Positions 26,865 through 38,202 of a stretch of DNA of 64,000 nucleotides are shown here, piece after piece. The notes below the pieces were generated by a model. It did not search any database and was not told where the DNA came from. It saw only the letters and a list, made by a program, of their open reading frames with translations. Source of the DNA: Pristiophorus japonicus. Its lineage: Eukaryota. Position numbers and translations under genes: made by a program. Numbering within the stretch: position 1 is the stretch's first letter; each line of letters begins with the position of its first letter. The stretch spans positions 38,626,001 to 38,690,000 of the forward strand of contig NC_092010.1 in the NCBI RefSeq assembly GCF_044704955.1, in the 5' to 3' direction.

Positions 26865-26916
26865 ATTAAATTCTGATGAAGTCGATGGTCCTGCTGTGAA
26901 GAATATAATACTCGAG
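26865..26916 (+). CDS. NAB2: NAB2 exon 4 (52 bp)
   Basis: CTTCAG|A, (R)LNSDEVDGPAVKNIILE, GAG|GTAAGT. Phases 2 to 0 match the neighbouring exons; aligns to mammalian RLHPEELGGPPLKKLKQE. Confidence 0.9.
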
Positions 26917-26954
26917 GTAAGTCCAGTCTCCGGGTTTAAGGTCCCTGCAATGTG

Positions 26955-28658
26955 CTACAGTGTCGGGGTTTGGGGAAGTACAGTGTCAGGGTTTGGGGCG
27001 GTACAGTGTCAGGGTTTGGGGAAGTACAATGTCAGGGTTTGGGGAAGTACAGTGTCAGGGTTTGGGGCGGTACAGTGTCAGGGTTTGGGGAGGTACAGTG
27101 TCAGGGTTTGGGGCGGTACAGTGTCAGGGTTTGGGGAAGTACAATGTCAGGGTTTGGGGAAGTACAGTGTCAGGGTTTGGGGAAGTACAGTGTCAGGGTT
27201 TGGGGCGGTACAGTGTCAGGGTTTGGGGAGGTACAGTGTCAGGGTTTGGGGCGGTACAGTGTCAGGGTTTGGGGCGGTACAGTGTCAGGGTTTGGGGAGG
27301 TACAGTGTCAGGGTTTGGGGAGGTACAGTGTCAGGGTTTGGGGCGGTACAGTGTCAGGGTTTGGGGAAGTACAGTGTCAGGGTTTGGGGAAGTACAGTGT
27401 CAGGGTTTGGAGTGTCAGGGTTTGGGGAGGTACAGTGTCAGGGTTTGGGGAAGTACAGTGTCAGGGTTTGGGGAGGTACAGTGTCAGGGTTTGGGGAAGT
27501 ACAGTGTCAGGGTTTGTGGAAGTAGTGTCAGGGTTTGGGGTATCAGGGTTTGGAGAGGTACAGTGTCAGGGTTTGGGGAGGTACAGTGTCAGGGTTTGGG
27601 GAGGTACAGTGTCAGGGTTTGGGGAAGTACAGTGTCAGGGTTTGGGGTATCAGGGTTTGGGGAGGTACAGTGTCAGGGTTTGGGGTATCAGGGTTTGGGG
27701 AAGTACAGTGTCAGGGTTTGGGGAAGTACAGTGTCAGGGTTTGGGGAGGTACAGTGTCAGGGTTGGGAGTGTCAGGGTTTGGGGAGGTACAGTGTCAGGG
27801 TTTGGGGAGGTACAGTGTCAGGGTTTGGGGCGGTACAGTGTCAGGGTTTGGGGAAGTACAGTGTCAGGGTTTGGGGAAGTACAGTGTCAGGGTTTGGGGA
27901 GGTACAGTGTCAGGGTTTGGGGAAGTACAGTGTCAGGGTTTGGGGAGGTACAGTGTCAGGGTTTGGGGAAGTAGTGTCAGGGTTTGGGGTATCAGGGTTT
28001 GGGGAGGTACAATGTCAGGGTTTGGGGAAGTACAGTGTCAGGGTTTGGGGTATCAGGGTTTGGGGAGGTACAGTGTCAGGGTTTGGGGTATCAGGGTTTG
28101 GGGAAGTACAGTGTCAGGGTTTGGGGAAGTACAGTGTCAGGGTTTGGGGTATCAGGGTTTGGGGAAGTACAGTGTCAGGGTTTGGGGAGGTACAGTGTCA
28201 GGGTTTGGGGAGGTACAGTGTCAGGGTTTGGAGTGTCAGGGTTTGGGGAGGTACAGTGTCAGGGTTTGGGGAGGTACAGTGTCAGGGTTTGGGGAAGTAC
28301 AGTGTCAGGGTTTGGAGTGTCAGGGTTTGGGGAGGTACAGTGTCAGGGTTTGGGGAAGTACAGTGTCAGGGTTTGGAGTGTCAGGGTTTGGGGCAGTACA
28401 GTGTCAGGGTTTGGGGAGGTACAGTGTCAGGGTTTGGGGAGGTACAGTGTCAGGGTTTGGGGAAGTATAGTGTCAGGGTTTGGAGTGTCAGGGTTTGGGG
28501 AGGTACAGTGTCAGGGTTTGGGGAGGTACAGTGTCAGGGTTTGGGGAGGTACAGTGTCAGGTTTTGGAGTGTCAGGGTTTAGGGAGGTACAGTGTCAGGG
28601 TTTGGGGAAGTACAGTGTCAGGGTTTGGAGTGTCAGGGTTTGGGGCGGTACAGTGTCA
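26955..28658. repeat. 23-bp G-rich minisatellite (TACAGTGTCAGGGTTTGGGGA[A/G]G and variants) filling NAB2 intron 4
   Basis: Directly visible tandem units, with shorter variant units (GGAGTGTCAGGGTTT, GGGGTATCAGGGTTT) in the 3' half. Confidence 0.98.
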
Positions 28659-28701
28659 TTCACACGCTCGCTTATTCAGCCGTTCCTTTTTTTCCAATAA
28701 G

Positions 28702-28855
28702 AACCACTCAGAAGTAGGCTCTGGGCGCACAATGGTGGTGCCAAGTCAGACAGAATTCTTCGAACACCGAGGCATAGATTCAGCAGGGTCCAAATATAAC
28801 ACAGAGGAGGATAACAGCAGCCTGTCCAGCGACATCCTCTCTGGACGCCTGCAGG
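28702..28855 (+). CDS. NAB2: NAB2 exon 5
   Basis: Pyrimidine tract + AATAAG|AAC (phase 0); NHSEVGSG...YNTEEDNSSLSSDILSGRLQ, compare mammalian SLEEDSASLSGESLDGHLQ; donor G|GTATG (phase 1). Acceptor position less certain than donor. Confidence 0.85.
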
Positions 28856-29228
28856 GTATGTACAGCAACTGCCACCACTTTACATTTTCGCTGCTTTTTT
28901 TTTTGCGGGGGCGTGAGGGGGAAAGTTGTGTTGACAAAAAATTACTGATCCACAGCTTTATTTTAAAGTTTACAGAAACTGTATTCACCAGTCAGGATAA
29001 TAAATGAAAGTTGCTCACTGTAATTTAATTGACTGGTCTCTCCTGTCACAACATCAGTTCTGATGAAGAAGGCCCTTTGATCTCCCCATTACAGCACCCA
29101 GAGATCATAAATTGTTCCAGTTTCCAGGCCTCACCCACCTTTCTAGTTCCAGATTTACTCGACATACATTGCTTTGAACTGCAGCAACTGTTGTTATGCA
29201 GGCAAACAAACCGCAATGAATGAGCAGT

Positions 29229-29433
29229 GACTCTCTTCTTGGCGGTGTTGGTTTCAGGGATAAATATTGGACAGAACACCAGGATAACTCTCTGCTCTTC
29301 TTCAAATACAGCAAGGGGATCGAATATCCACCTGTTTAGAGTTGACAGTGCCCGGTGCACTCCCTCAGTACTGCACTGGGAGTGTCAGCTTCGCGTATTT
29401 GCTCAAGTCTCTGGAGTGGATCTTGAACCCACA
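29229..29433 (-). mobile_element. Deu-domain SINE fragment
   Basis: CTCCCTCAGTACTGCACTGGGAGTGTCAGC...CTGGAGTGGATCTTGAACCCAC, same family as 16303-16972 but without the tandem expansion. Confidence 0.8.
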
Positions 29434-29454
29434 AAAAGCAATAGATGCGAGCTC

Positions 29455-29616
29455 AATTAATAATTTTAAATCTGAGATTGATAAGATTTTTGCAAGCCAA
29501 GGATATTAAGAGATATGGGGCAAAGGCGGGTATATGGACTTAGTCACAGATCAGCCATGATCACATTGAATTGCGGAACAGGCTCGAGGGGCTGAATGGC
29601 CTCCTCCTGTTCCTAA
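29455..29616 (+). mobile_element. CR1 LINE 3' end, seeding the downstream tandem array
   Basis: TTTAAATCTGAGATTGATA...GATCAGCCATGATC...ACAGGCTCGAGGGGCTGAATGGCCTCCTCCTGTTCCT. Confidence 0.85.
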
Positions 29617-30697
29617 TGTAACAGGCTCGAGAGGCTGAATGGCCTCCTCCTGTTCCTAATGTAACAGGCTCGAGGGGCTGAATGGCCTCCTCCTGTTCCT
29701 AATGTAACAGGCTCGAGGGGCTGAATGGCCTCCTCCTGTTCCTAATGTAACAGGCTCGAGGGGCTGAATGGCCTCCTCCTGTTCCTAATGTAACAGATTC
29801 GAGGGGCTGAATGGCCTCCTCCTGTTCCTAATGTAACAGGCTCGAGGGGCTGAATGGCCTCCTTCTGTTCCTAATGTAACAGATTCGAGGGGCTGAATGG
29901 CCTCCTCCTGTTCCTAATGTAACAGATTCGAGGGGCTGAATGGCCTCCTCCTGTTCCTAATGTAACAGGCTCGAGGCGCTGAATGGCCTCCTCCTGTTCC
30001 TAATGTAACAGGCTCGAGGGGCTGAATGGCCTCCTCCTGTTCCTAATGTAACAGGCTCGAGGGGCTGAATGGCCTCCTTCTGTTCCTAATGTAACAGGCT
30101 CGAGGGGCTGAATGGCCTCCTCCTGTTCCTAATGTAACAGACTCGAGGGGCTGAATGGCCTCCTCCTGTTCCTAATGTAACAGGCTCGAGGGGCTGAATG
30201 GCCTCCTCCTGTTCCTAATGTAACAGATTCGAGAGGCTGAATGGCCTCCTCCTGTTCCTAATGTAACAGATTCGAGCGGCTGAATGGCCTCCTCCTGTTC
30301 CTAATGTAACAGGCTCGAGAGGCTGAATGGCCTCTTCATGTTCCTTATGTAACAGGCTCGAGGGGCTGAATGGCCTCCTCCTGTTCCTAATGTAACAGGC
30401 TCGAGGGGCTGAATGGCCTCCTTCTGTTCCTAATGTAACAGGCTCGAAGGGCTGAATGGCCTCCTCCTGTTCCTAATGTAACAGGCTCGAGGGGCTGAAT
30501 GGACTCCTCCTGTTCCCAATGTAACAGGCTCGAGGGGCTGAATGGCCTCCTCCTGTTCCTAATGTAACAGATTCGAGGAGCTGAATGGCCTCCTCCTGTT
30601 CCTAATGTAACAGGCTCGAGGGGCTGAATGGCCTCCTTCTGTTCCTAATGTAACAGGCTCGAGGGGCTGAATGGCCTCCATCTGTTCCTGTGTTCCT
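29577..30697 (+). repeat. 43-bp tandem array (~26 copies) of the CR1 3'-terminal sequence
   Basis: Unit TGTAACAGGCTCGAGGGGCTGAATGGCCTCCTCCTGTTCCTAA; highly homogeneous. Confidence 0.97.
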
Positions 30698-30831
30698 AAA
30701 CACCAAGGTTAACCAAGTTGAAAGGCAAGGCCCGGATTTACTCCATTTGACGTTTTGTTTTTTCTTTATTATGTGTGAACCACATTCCTCAATGACTGAT
30801 TTGTGTTTGCTCTTCTCCTCTTCATGCCCAG

Positions 30832-31026
30832 AATGTCATTGGAGGCTCAGCTCGCCACCGTGCACCTCGACAGACATGCCAAAGGTCACCAGCACCCAGG
30901 CCGCCTGGAACCGGCACCTCCTGCAGCACGCTCTGCTGGACGAGGGGCTCCGATTGGCTAAGCTGGCATCACATGGCTGGCGAGGCAGCCTGAGCCCCCG
31001 CAGGCGGGGGATTCCCCAGAGCGGAG
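30832..31026 (+). CDS. NAB2: NAB2 exon 6 (C-terminal CHD4-interacting region)
   Basis: GCCCAG|AA; ECHWRLSSPP...AWNRHLLQHALLDEGLRLAKLASH...LSP, compare mammalian WSRHILQQTLMDEGLRLARLVSH; donor G|GTGAGG; phase 1 to 1. Confidence 0.93.
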
Positions 31027-31419
31027 GTGAGGTGCCAGTCGACAATAAACTGAGAACTGAACGAGGTTTTGTGTGGGAGGCCTGCGGGGGTGAGATCAGA
31101 CCTCAAACTAAACGCACTCTAAATCATTCCAAAATCAGCAGTAGGTGGCGGAGGGCAGGGGGCGGGTGTGGAGGTAGGGCTGACCTTTTGTCTGAGCGTA
31201 TCACTTGAAGTGGCCAGATAAAAACCTAAAGGGAATCCCCAGAGTGATTCAAGCAAGAAGCCCCTCACCAGTTCTGCTCTTCAGCCACCTTTATAAACAT
31301 CTCAAATTTATTTGCTTTGTCTCCTGTGAAGCACCTTGGGATGTTTTACTGCATTAAAGGTACTATACAAATACATGTTGTTGTTGTTCTTACACTGATG
31401 TTACTTTGATTGGCAAATA

Positions 31420-31606
31420 AAGAAAGAGTTGTATTTCTATAGCACCTTTCATGACCTCAGGTCGTCCCAGAGCACTTTAGTGAATGAAGCACTTTTGAAA
31501 TGTACTCACTGTTGTAATGTGGGAAACGCAGCAGCCAATTTGCGCACAACAAGCTCCCACAAACAGCAATGTGATAATGACCAGATCATCTGTTTTAGTG
31601 ATGTTG
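31420..31606 (-). mobile_element. Deu-domain SINE 3' fragment
   Basis: TTGTATTTCTATAGCACCTTTCATGACCTCAGG...GCAGCCAATTTGCGCACAACAAGCTCCCACAAACAGCAATG, shared with 36438, 46685 and 48079. Confidence 0.85.
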
Positions 31607-32345
31607 GTTGCTCTTCTGGTCACTGACAGAGAGGTGCTGTCTGCGTCACGGCGCAGCTCCATTCATCTGAATAGGAGTCACAGATGAAAGCAGTCTTTTC
31701 ACCAGTCCAGAACAGCCCAACCCTAGGGAAACACAGCACAGTATGTCACGGTACCCAGTCCAGAGCATGTTTGCCAGGGCGAGATGGCCCCGTATCAGGT
31801 CTGGGCAACCTAAATGGAGCCACTCAGCAATGCAGGTGGCAGAAAGATTTGCAGGGCTGTGGGGGAAAGACAAGAGGTGGGCGCCGGAGGGACTGGAGTG
31901 CATCATCACCCCCGGCAACCAAATTTTAATTTGATTTTATATGTTTTAAAGTTTCATTTGTTTTAATTGCCGGGTTTTTAGTGTTCCCCTCCCCTTTTAT
32001 AGGGGGCACTTGTAAAATTTATGATTTTAATGCCCCCCAAAAAAAAATCACAAAAAAAGGGCAGTTGAAAAGTGTCTGGAGTGTCCCCCAGATCGGGGGG
32101 CACTTGAACTAATGTTTCTTTTGTCTCTTATTTAAAGAGTTGTGGGGGAAAGTGGGACTGATTGGATCGCTCGTTCAAAGAGCCGGCACAGGCACAATGG
32201 GCTGAATGACCTCCTTCTGTGCTGCATGATGCTATGACTCCTCCCTATACCATTGTATGGAGAGCACTGTTTATAATAAAGGGTTAACTTGTTACTAATA
32301 TGTTTTATCCTAATCGTCTTGCTTCCCTTTTTGTTCGAAAAGCAG

Positions 32346-32440
32346 AAAGCCGGGAGTGTCTGAAAGGCAGCTGTCAATCAGCCTCCAATAACATCGAGAA
32401 CGGACTAAAAGCAGTGAAAAGGGAGCAGGAGGATGGGTGA
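32346..32440 (+). CDS. NAB2: NAB2 terminal coding exon 7
   Basis: Long pyrimidine tract, then AAG CAG| (NAGNAG; alternative start 32343). (E)SRECLKGSCQSASNNIENGLKAVKREQEDG*; C-terminal VKxE as in mammalian NAB2 VKVE; phase 1 compatible. Confidence 0.8.
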
Positions 32441-33029
32441 AATAATGAAAGCAAATGGACGCAAGGAAACCAACAAAAAAAAACAGAGACTGAAGCTATT
32501 GGGACTGCATATGATGATCTCAGGGGATGAGTGGGATCTTCACTGCCAAGTTTGAAGTTAACCACCCCACACACACAATTAGATTAGGCAGTGATTTGTC
32601 TAATTGTAATCTCGGAAAATTATTTTGAGAGGCATGAGTTGGCACTATACTGTGGGATGGTCATTCTGGAGATAATTCAGATCAGACACTCACACAAATG
32701 AGATCTGGAACCATTCCACGTGAATCCTGCTCCATTCGGAGTTCAGATTTATCCACTGCTGCTCTTTAATACAAAGAGGGTACAGACTCGGATTCCATCT
32801 GCGCTACAGATCACCAGTGTAGACAGGTCTGAGATGGAACTGCACATTCTACATTGAAGCAGTGCCGGCCAGGAGGCAGGCCAGGGCTTCACGGTGTCGA
32901 CCTGTGCAGAGTTCGCCTCCATTAACAGTGAGCTGGAAGTGATTGGAAGGAGCTCCAGTTGCTCTTAGATTATAAAGTGCAGAGGTTGGCTGTAGGGTAT
33001 TGTAACATCCGAACAGAGACAATGTTATA

Positions 33030-33357
33030 CAGGTGCAGCATCGAAAACCCGGAGTTCAGGAATCCAGAATGTTCTGGAATCCGGACCGAACGGTGGCAGA
33101 GTCGTCCGGAATCCGTAAAATGTTCCGGAATCTGGACTCGCCAATCTCAGGCCTCGCCGCTGCTGCCCTTACCTCGGGGCCTCCACGGCGGCCCCCGCCC
33201 CTTGTCTTTTCTGACGTTCCTAAATCCGGAAATACCCGAACCTGGGCTCGGGTATTTCCGGATTCGTGACGTCAGAAAGACGATCGCGAGTCCGGGAAAG
33301 CCCGGAGTGCGGAACGGCCTCGGTCCTGAGGGTTCCGGATTCTCGACGCTGCACCTG
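33030..33357. mobile_element. Tc1/mariner (Tigger/pogo-type) MITE
   Basis: TIR CAGGTGCAGCATCGAAAACCCGGA vs revcomp CAGGTGCAGCGTCGAGAATCCGGA. TA TSD at 33028-29 and 33358-59. Multiple internal TCCGGA repeats. Confidence 0.93.
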
Positions 33358-35152
33358 TATTGCAGTACTTGCGCTGGAAGCTTGTACATGGGATATCTCA
33401 GAGTGTGTTACAAGATGTCCCCTTTTAGACAGGAGAGCCACGCTCGAAGGGTTTATCAACATCAATTGAGCTAAGTTACTAACTGGAACCACCTACACAC
33501 AGACCCTCCTCCCCCTCCATGCAATTCTTTCCCCCTTCTCCTGATGATTTTGCTCAAGTTCCCCCCAACCTCTTCTACGTTACTTGAGTGACACATTCTT
33601 TATGTGCGAACCTGGACAAGGTGTGTCAGTAGGTATCGGAGCCAGTTCCGATCCTGTCCTCACTTCCCGCACCTGCACCTTTTCAGTGAGATCTCTGTGG
33701 GAGTGGATACTTAGAGCGTCCTGGCCCCTATGGTTCAGTTCACACTTGGCTGTGCGCTTACCGATTGAATTGCCCATTGGTTACAGGAACATTAACTAAT
33801 ATTTTAGAGAGCAGGGCTAGTGATGCATAGCTTTGGCATACAGTGGAATATGATGATATATTGAGTTGTGCAAAGACAACTCTCAAGGTAGAAGTGACCC
33901 AGACGATGAAGTGAAACAAAATAATAATCGTCTGTCGATCTGGAGTCTCCTCGTTTACATCAGTGTGAATAGTCAATATCCCCGAACATCTATTTCAGTT
34001 TGTTTTACATCTGCAAATGTTCCAGATCCCATTTCAATTCGTTAATTTATTTAAGGAAACAAATTGAGATTTTTTCTTCACGGATATGATGCCAAGCTAA
34101 CAGTGGAGGCATTGTGTGAAATGAAAGGTCTGTGACTCAATGAGTAATAAACCAAAGAAACAAATGCTGTCAATTTCACCATCTGCCTCATTCAGTTTCA
34201 GCCTCTGCTTTATCTTGGTACAGAATAGGAGTTTGGATGCTTGTGTTTCTATTTTTTTTAATTGTTGTGGGGGAAGATGTAAATGTTTTAATCCCGCAAC
34301 CACATGTTGACTGAGAGATTGGCGTCATGTTTCTGTGATTCCTTTGTTTGTTCATGTGTTTCCACTGCAGGATGGATTCGGAGTGCCAATTGAGACATAA
34401 CTGAGCCTGCACAGTTGTTCGGAAGTTGCAATTGCAACTTTCTGTTACTGGCTGTAGACCTTCCCTAATGTTAGCCGGGGGGGGGGGGGGGGGGGGTGGC
34501 GGAAGAGGTCTGGACACACCAGCAGAATGTAAACTGCATTGCTGGATTGTGCAGGATCAGCTGAGGACTCAGCCCATATCGGATGGGCCCAGTGCTTGGC
34601 CTGTACCTAATGTATGGCTGAGTTGAGAGCTCAACTTGTCCACAAATTTTGCAGTCGAGTATCCCGCATTTGGGGACATCAGTACACCCGAAGTGCAATG
34701 GGCTAGCCTTGTCCTGGGAGAACCACTTTCTTGATCATGGTTACTCCCCTGTCAGGTATCCAGGCCAAAATGGTGGCAGGTGCCGTATGTTTGCTCCCAC
34801 AGGGATACACCATCTCTTGTGGTGGGGGTGGGGAGGTCTGTGCTGCCAGATGCTCTGGGACCACTAGTGTAGTGCTACCTCCAGAGGCAAGTTGTAATAT
34901 AAATGTGATGTTGGTCCCGCTCTCCAAGCTCCCAAAGCACAACCCCCTCTACCAGTTATATCTTAAACAGGCGCTGTCTTGATGAAAAAGTGCGTTGCAA
35001 AAGTAATTTTCTTGTACGAAGAGACGCGGGGCATCCAGCACATGATTTATGTCAACGGGTGGGATTTAAAAAAAACATATTTTCATGAAGACCGTTAAAG
35101 TGAGAGACAATCTGTGAGACCACATGGACGGTTCATGAAGGAGGCTCACCAC

Positions 35153-35317
35153 CAATATTCCCTCTAATCTGTCCCCGCGCAGCAATGGGAACGGTCCCGC
35201 GCAGGCCGCTCGCCAGCTTCTCCGCTGTAAATACCGCACATGCGCGGAAATTTAAAGGGGCCGCGCACTAAAAGAAACAGGCCGCGCATAACAAAGCGCA
35301 GCTTCCACGGAACATCG
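35153..35317. mobile_element. hAT-type MITE inserted in a LINE 3' fragment (35125-35395)
   Basis: 8-bp TSD CTCACCAC (35145-52 and 35318-25). Imperfect TIR CAATATTCCCTCTAA / CGATGTTCCGTGGAA. Confidence 0.8.
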
Positions 35318-36437
35318 CTCACCACCACCGTGTCAAGGGCAATTCGGGATGGGCAATAACTGCTGGCCTTGTCAGCTACGCCCACATCCCAGGAAATCCT
35401 AATCCTCACCTGCAAAGAACCAAGCCAGATTTCACACTGAGCTACTTCAGTTTTATAAAAATGATTATTGCTTCTGGTTTGGAACTAGTAAAGGGGACAG
35501 GAGTCTGCACAGGAATCATTGGATTTAATTCAGGGTTTGGTTTCACACAGGCAAAATGGAGGCGACTGAAATCCCATCTCCTTCCTGTTGGCAGAGTGTG
35601 GGTTACAATATAAAAACAAACTGTAATCACTGAGCACAGAAAACCCCAGGGTGGAGTGAATCCCCTTCGCACTGAGTCGCTGCTGTAGTCACGTGTGGTC
35701 GGAAGGGGAAGAGAGGACTGGCCAAATAGAGACAGATCTATTGCAGTCTGTAGTACTGGTTTAAGCCGCGGTTAATTATGTACTTCCTCATTGCCTCTTA
35801 AAATGCATTATATCGTTGGAGATGTTCACTGATTTTTTTTTTGTAACACAATGCTAAAGTTACCTTGTTTTTAACGGGTAGACATTCATTTTAAGCTCCA
35901 AAAGTGAACTGCAGCTGTACCAAAGTCCCCCGGAAAAGAGAAAGGTTGTATCAGTGCCATCGATAGCTTTTCATGAGTGATCTGTTCAAAACCTTATCTC
36001 ATTTTCCTTCTCAATGTAACTTGCTTACTGTGCTTGTAGTTAGAGGTTTAGGTGATAGTGAGTTGTGACGAAGACTGGCCAGCATAGATCAGCCGGGTGT
36101 CTCCAAAGCAGGCATGAAAATCATGGAGATAACTAAAGACGTTTGCCCTCAGTATTACAGTCTGTTACTGCGTCGTCGTGTGGTGCAGTGGAGTGGGGGA
36201 AGAATGAAGATTCACGCTTGCCATTCCCTACTCAGCAAGATTTCCATTGAGACTGGGCTGGAGAGTGAATCAGCAGGGAGCATTCTAATGCACACCCCTA
36301 GCAGCAGGTAGTCCACCCTCCTGACTGGGGAGTAAAGCGATGGATGGGGTAAACTCAAATAGCAGGCATTAAAATGAGGAATAAAAGATGAGCTAATCAC
36401 CCCTCTCATTCAATATCAGCACTGTAGCATTTAAAAA

Positions 36438-37667
36438 GAAAAGAAAGAGAACTTGCATTTCTACAGTGTCTTTCAGAACCTCAGGACGTCCCAACGCGCT
36501 TTACAGCCAATGAAGCACTTTTGAATTGTATCACTGTTGTAATGTGGGAAACACGGCAGCCAATTTGTGCATAGCAAGCGCCCACAAACAGCAATGAGAT
36601 AATGACCACATAATCTGTTTTAGTGATGGCTGAGGGATAAATATTGGCCAGGACACTGGGGAGAACTCCCCTGCTCTTCTTCAAAATAGTGCCATGGGAT
36701 CTTTTACATCCACCCGAGAGCGCAGACAGGGTCTCGGTTTAATATCTCATCCGAAAGATGGCAACTGACAGTGCGGCGCTCCCTCAGTACTGCCCCTCCG
36801 ACAGTGCGGCGCTCCCTCACTACCGCCCCTCCGACAGTGCGGCGCTCCCTCACTACCGCCCCTCCGACAGTGCAGCGCTGGCTCAGTACCGCCCCTCACT
36901 ACTGCCCTTCCGACAGTGCGGCGCTCCCTCAGTACTGCCCCTCCGACAGTGCAGTGCTCCCTCAGTACTGCCCCTCCGACAGTGCAGCGCTCCCTCACTA
37001 CCGCCCCTCCAACAGTGCGGCGCTCCCTCAGTACTGCCCCTCCAACAGTGCAGCGCTGGCTCAGTACCGCCCCTCCGACAGTGTGGCGCTCCCTCACTAC
37101 CGCCCCTCCGACAGTGCAGTGCTCCCTCAGTACTGCCCCTCCGACAGTGCAGCGCTCCCTCAGTACTGCCCCTCCGACAGTGCAGCGCTCCCTCACTACC
37201 GCCTCTCCAACAGTGCGGCGCTCAGTACTGCCCCTCCGACAGTGCAGCGCTCCCTCAGTACTGCCCCTCCGACAGTGCGGCGCTCCCTCACTACCGCCCC
37301 TCCAACAGTGCGGCGCTCCCTCAGTACTGCCCCTCCAACAGTGCAGCGCTGGCTCAGTACCGCCCCTCCGACAGTGTGGCGCTCCCTCACTACCGCCCCT
37401 CCGACAGTGCAGTGCTCCCTCAGTACTGCCCCACCGACAGTGCAGCGCTCCCTCAGTACTGCCCCTCCGACAGTGCAGCGCTCCCTCACTACCGCCTCTC
37501 CAACAGTGCGGCGCTCCCTCAGTACTGCCCCTCCGACAGTGCAGCGCTCCCTCAGTACTGCCCCCGACCGTGCGGCACTCCCTCAGTACTGCCCCCCGAC
37601 AGTGCGGCACTCCCTCAGTACTGCCCCTCCAACAATGTCAGTGCTGCACTGAGTGTCAGCCTAGATT
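36438..37667 (-). mobile_element. Deu-domain SINE with ~0.9-kb internal 33-bp tandem expansion (36765-37650)
   Basis: Tail AAAGAAAAGAAAGAGAACTTGCATTT; Deu body; tandem CAGTACTGCCCCTCCGACAGTGCGGCGCTCCCT units; ends GAGTGTCAGCCTAGATT (head missing). Confidence 0.92.
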
Positions 37668-37998
37668 AAAGGGGCACTCGAGCAAACTGGGCATCCAGCA
37701 TTATTCAAAGGAGCATCAGCCCAAGTCATAGATATAACTGTGGCTAAAGGAAAATACAATGTATTTGATAGAATTTAGCTTAATGTCTAAATGTAGAATT
37801 GGTTTTGGAATATAAAGGATAATAAGCAATGACTTATAACCTGGACTGTCACACCTGCAACCCCTGCATTAAAGGAACTCTTTTATCTGTGTCTTAGACT
37901 GTATGAGGTCATAGTCTTTGTATGTTTCTAGAAGATTAGGGACCATTCTGTTTTTATAGTGTGTACACTAATGTATAGTATTTATTTTGTTATGTGCA

Positions 37999-38004
37999 AA
38001 TAAA
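37999..38004 (+). terminator. NAB2: Candidate distal NAB2 poly(A) signal
   Basis: AATAAA at the end of a U-rich, TGTA-rich block, followed by GT-rich TTATTTGTGGTGGTCT. A proximal AATAAA also occurs near 34145. Confidence 0.45.
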
Positions 38005-38202
38005 GTATATTTTAGAATTTATTTGTGGTGGTCTCCTTGTATCTGGGCAAGGACAGTTCCATTAAAAATGTTCACTCTTATCAGAGGTCACAAGTTTAAA
38101 TCAATTATTAAAATATACAGAGACTAGAGCTCCCCTGAAGGCTCTGTGGTAAATGTACCCCTGTGTGTGGTGCTAAGTCACACAGAGCAGGAAGCTCCCT
38201 GG

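Noticed and set aside
26955-28658. Interstitial telomeric repeat
   Set aside because: Contains GGGTTTGGGG but not TTAGGG arrays.
26821-28700. Long ORFs up to 540 aa (VSGFGEVQCQGLGRYSVRVWG)
   Set aside because: Stop-poor 23-bp minisatellite translated in all three frames; lies in NAB2 intron 4.
29577-30697. CRISPR-like regular repeat
   Set aside because: No unique spacers; eukaryotic context; unit derives from the CR1 3' end.
36747-37731. 270-300 aa ORFs on both strands (also 16217-17043)
   Set aside because: 33-bp SINE-internal tandem repeat; not a gene.
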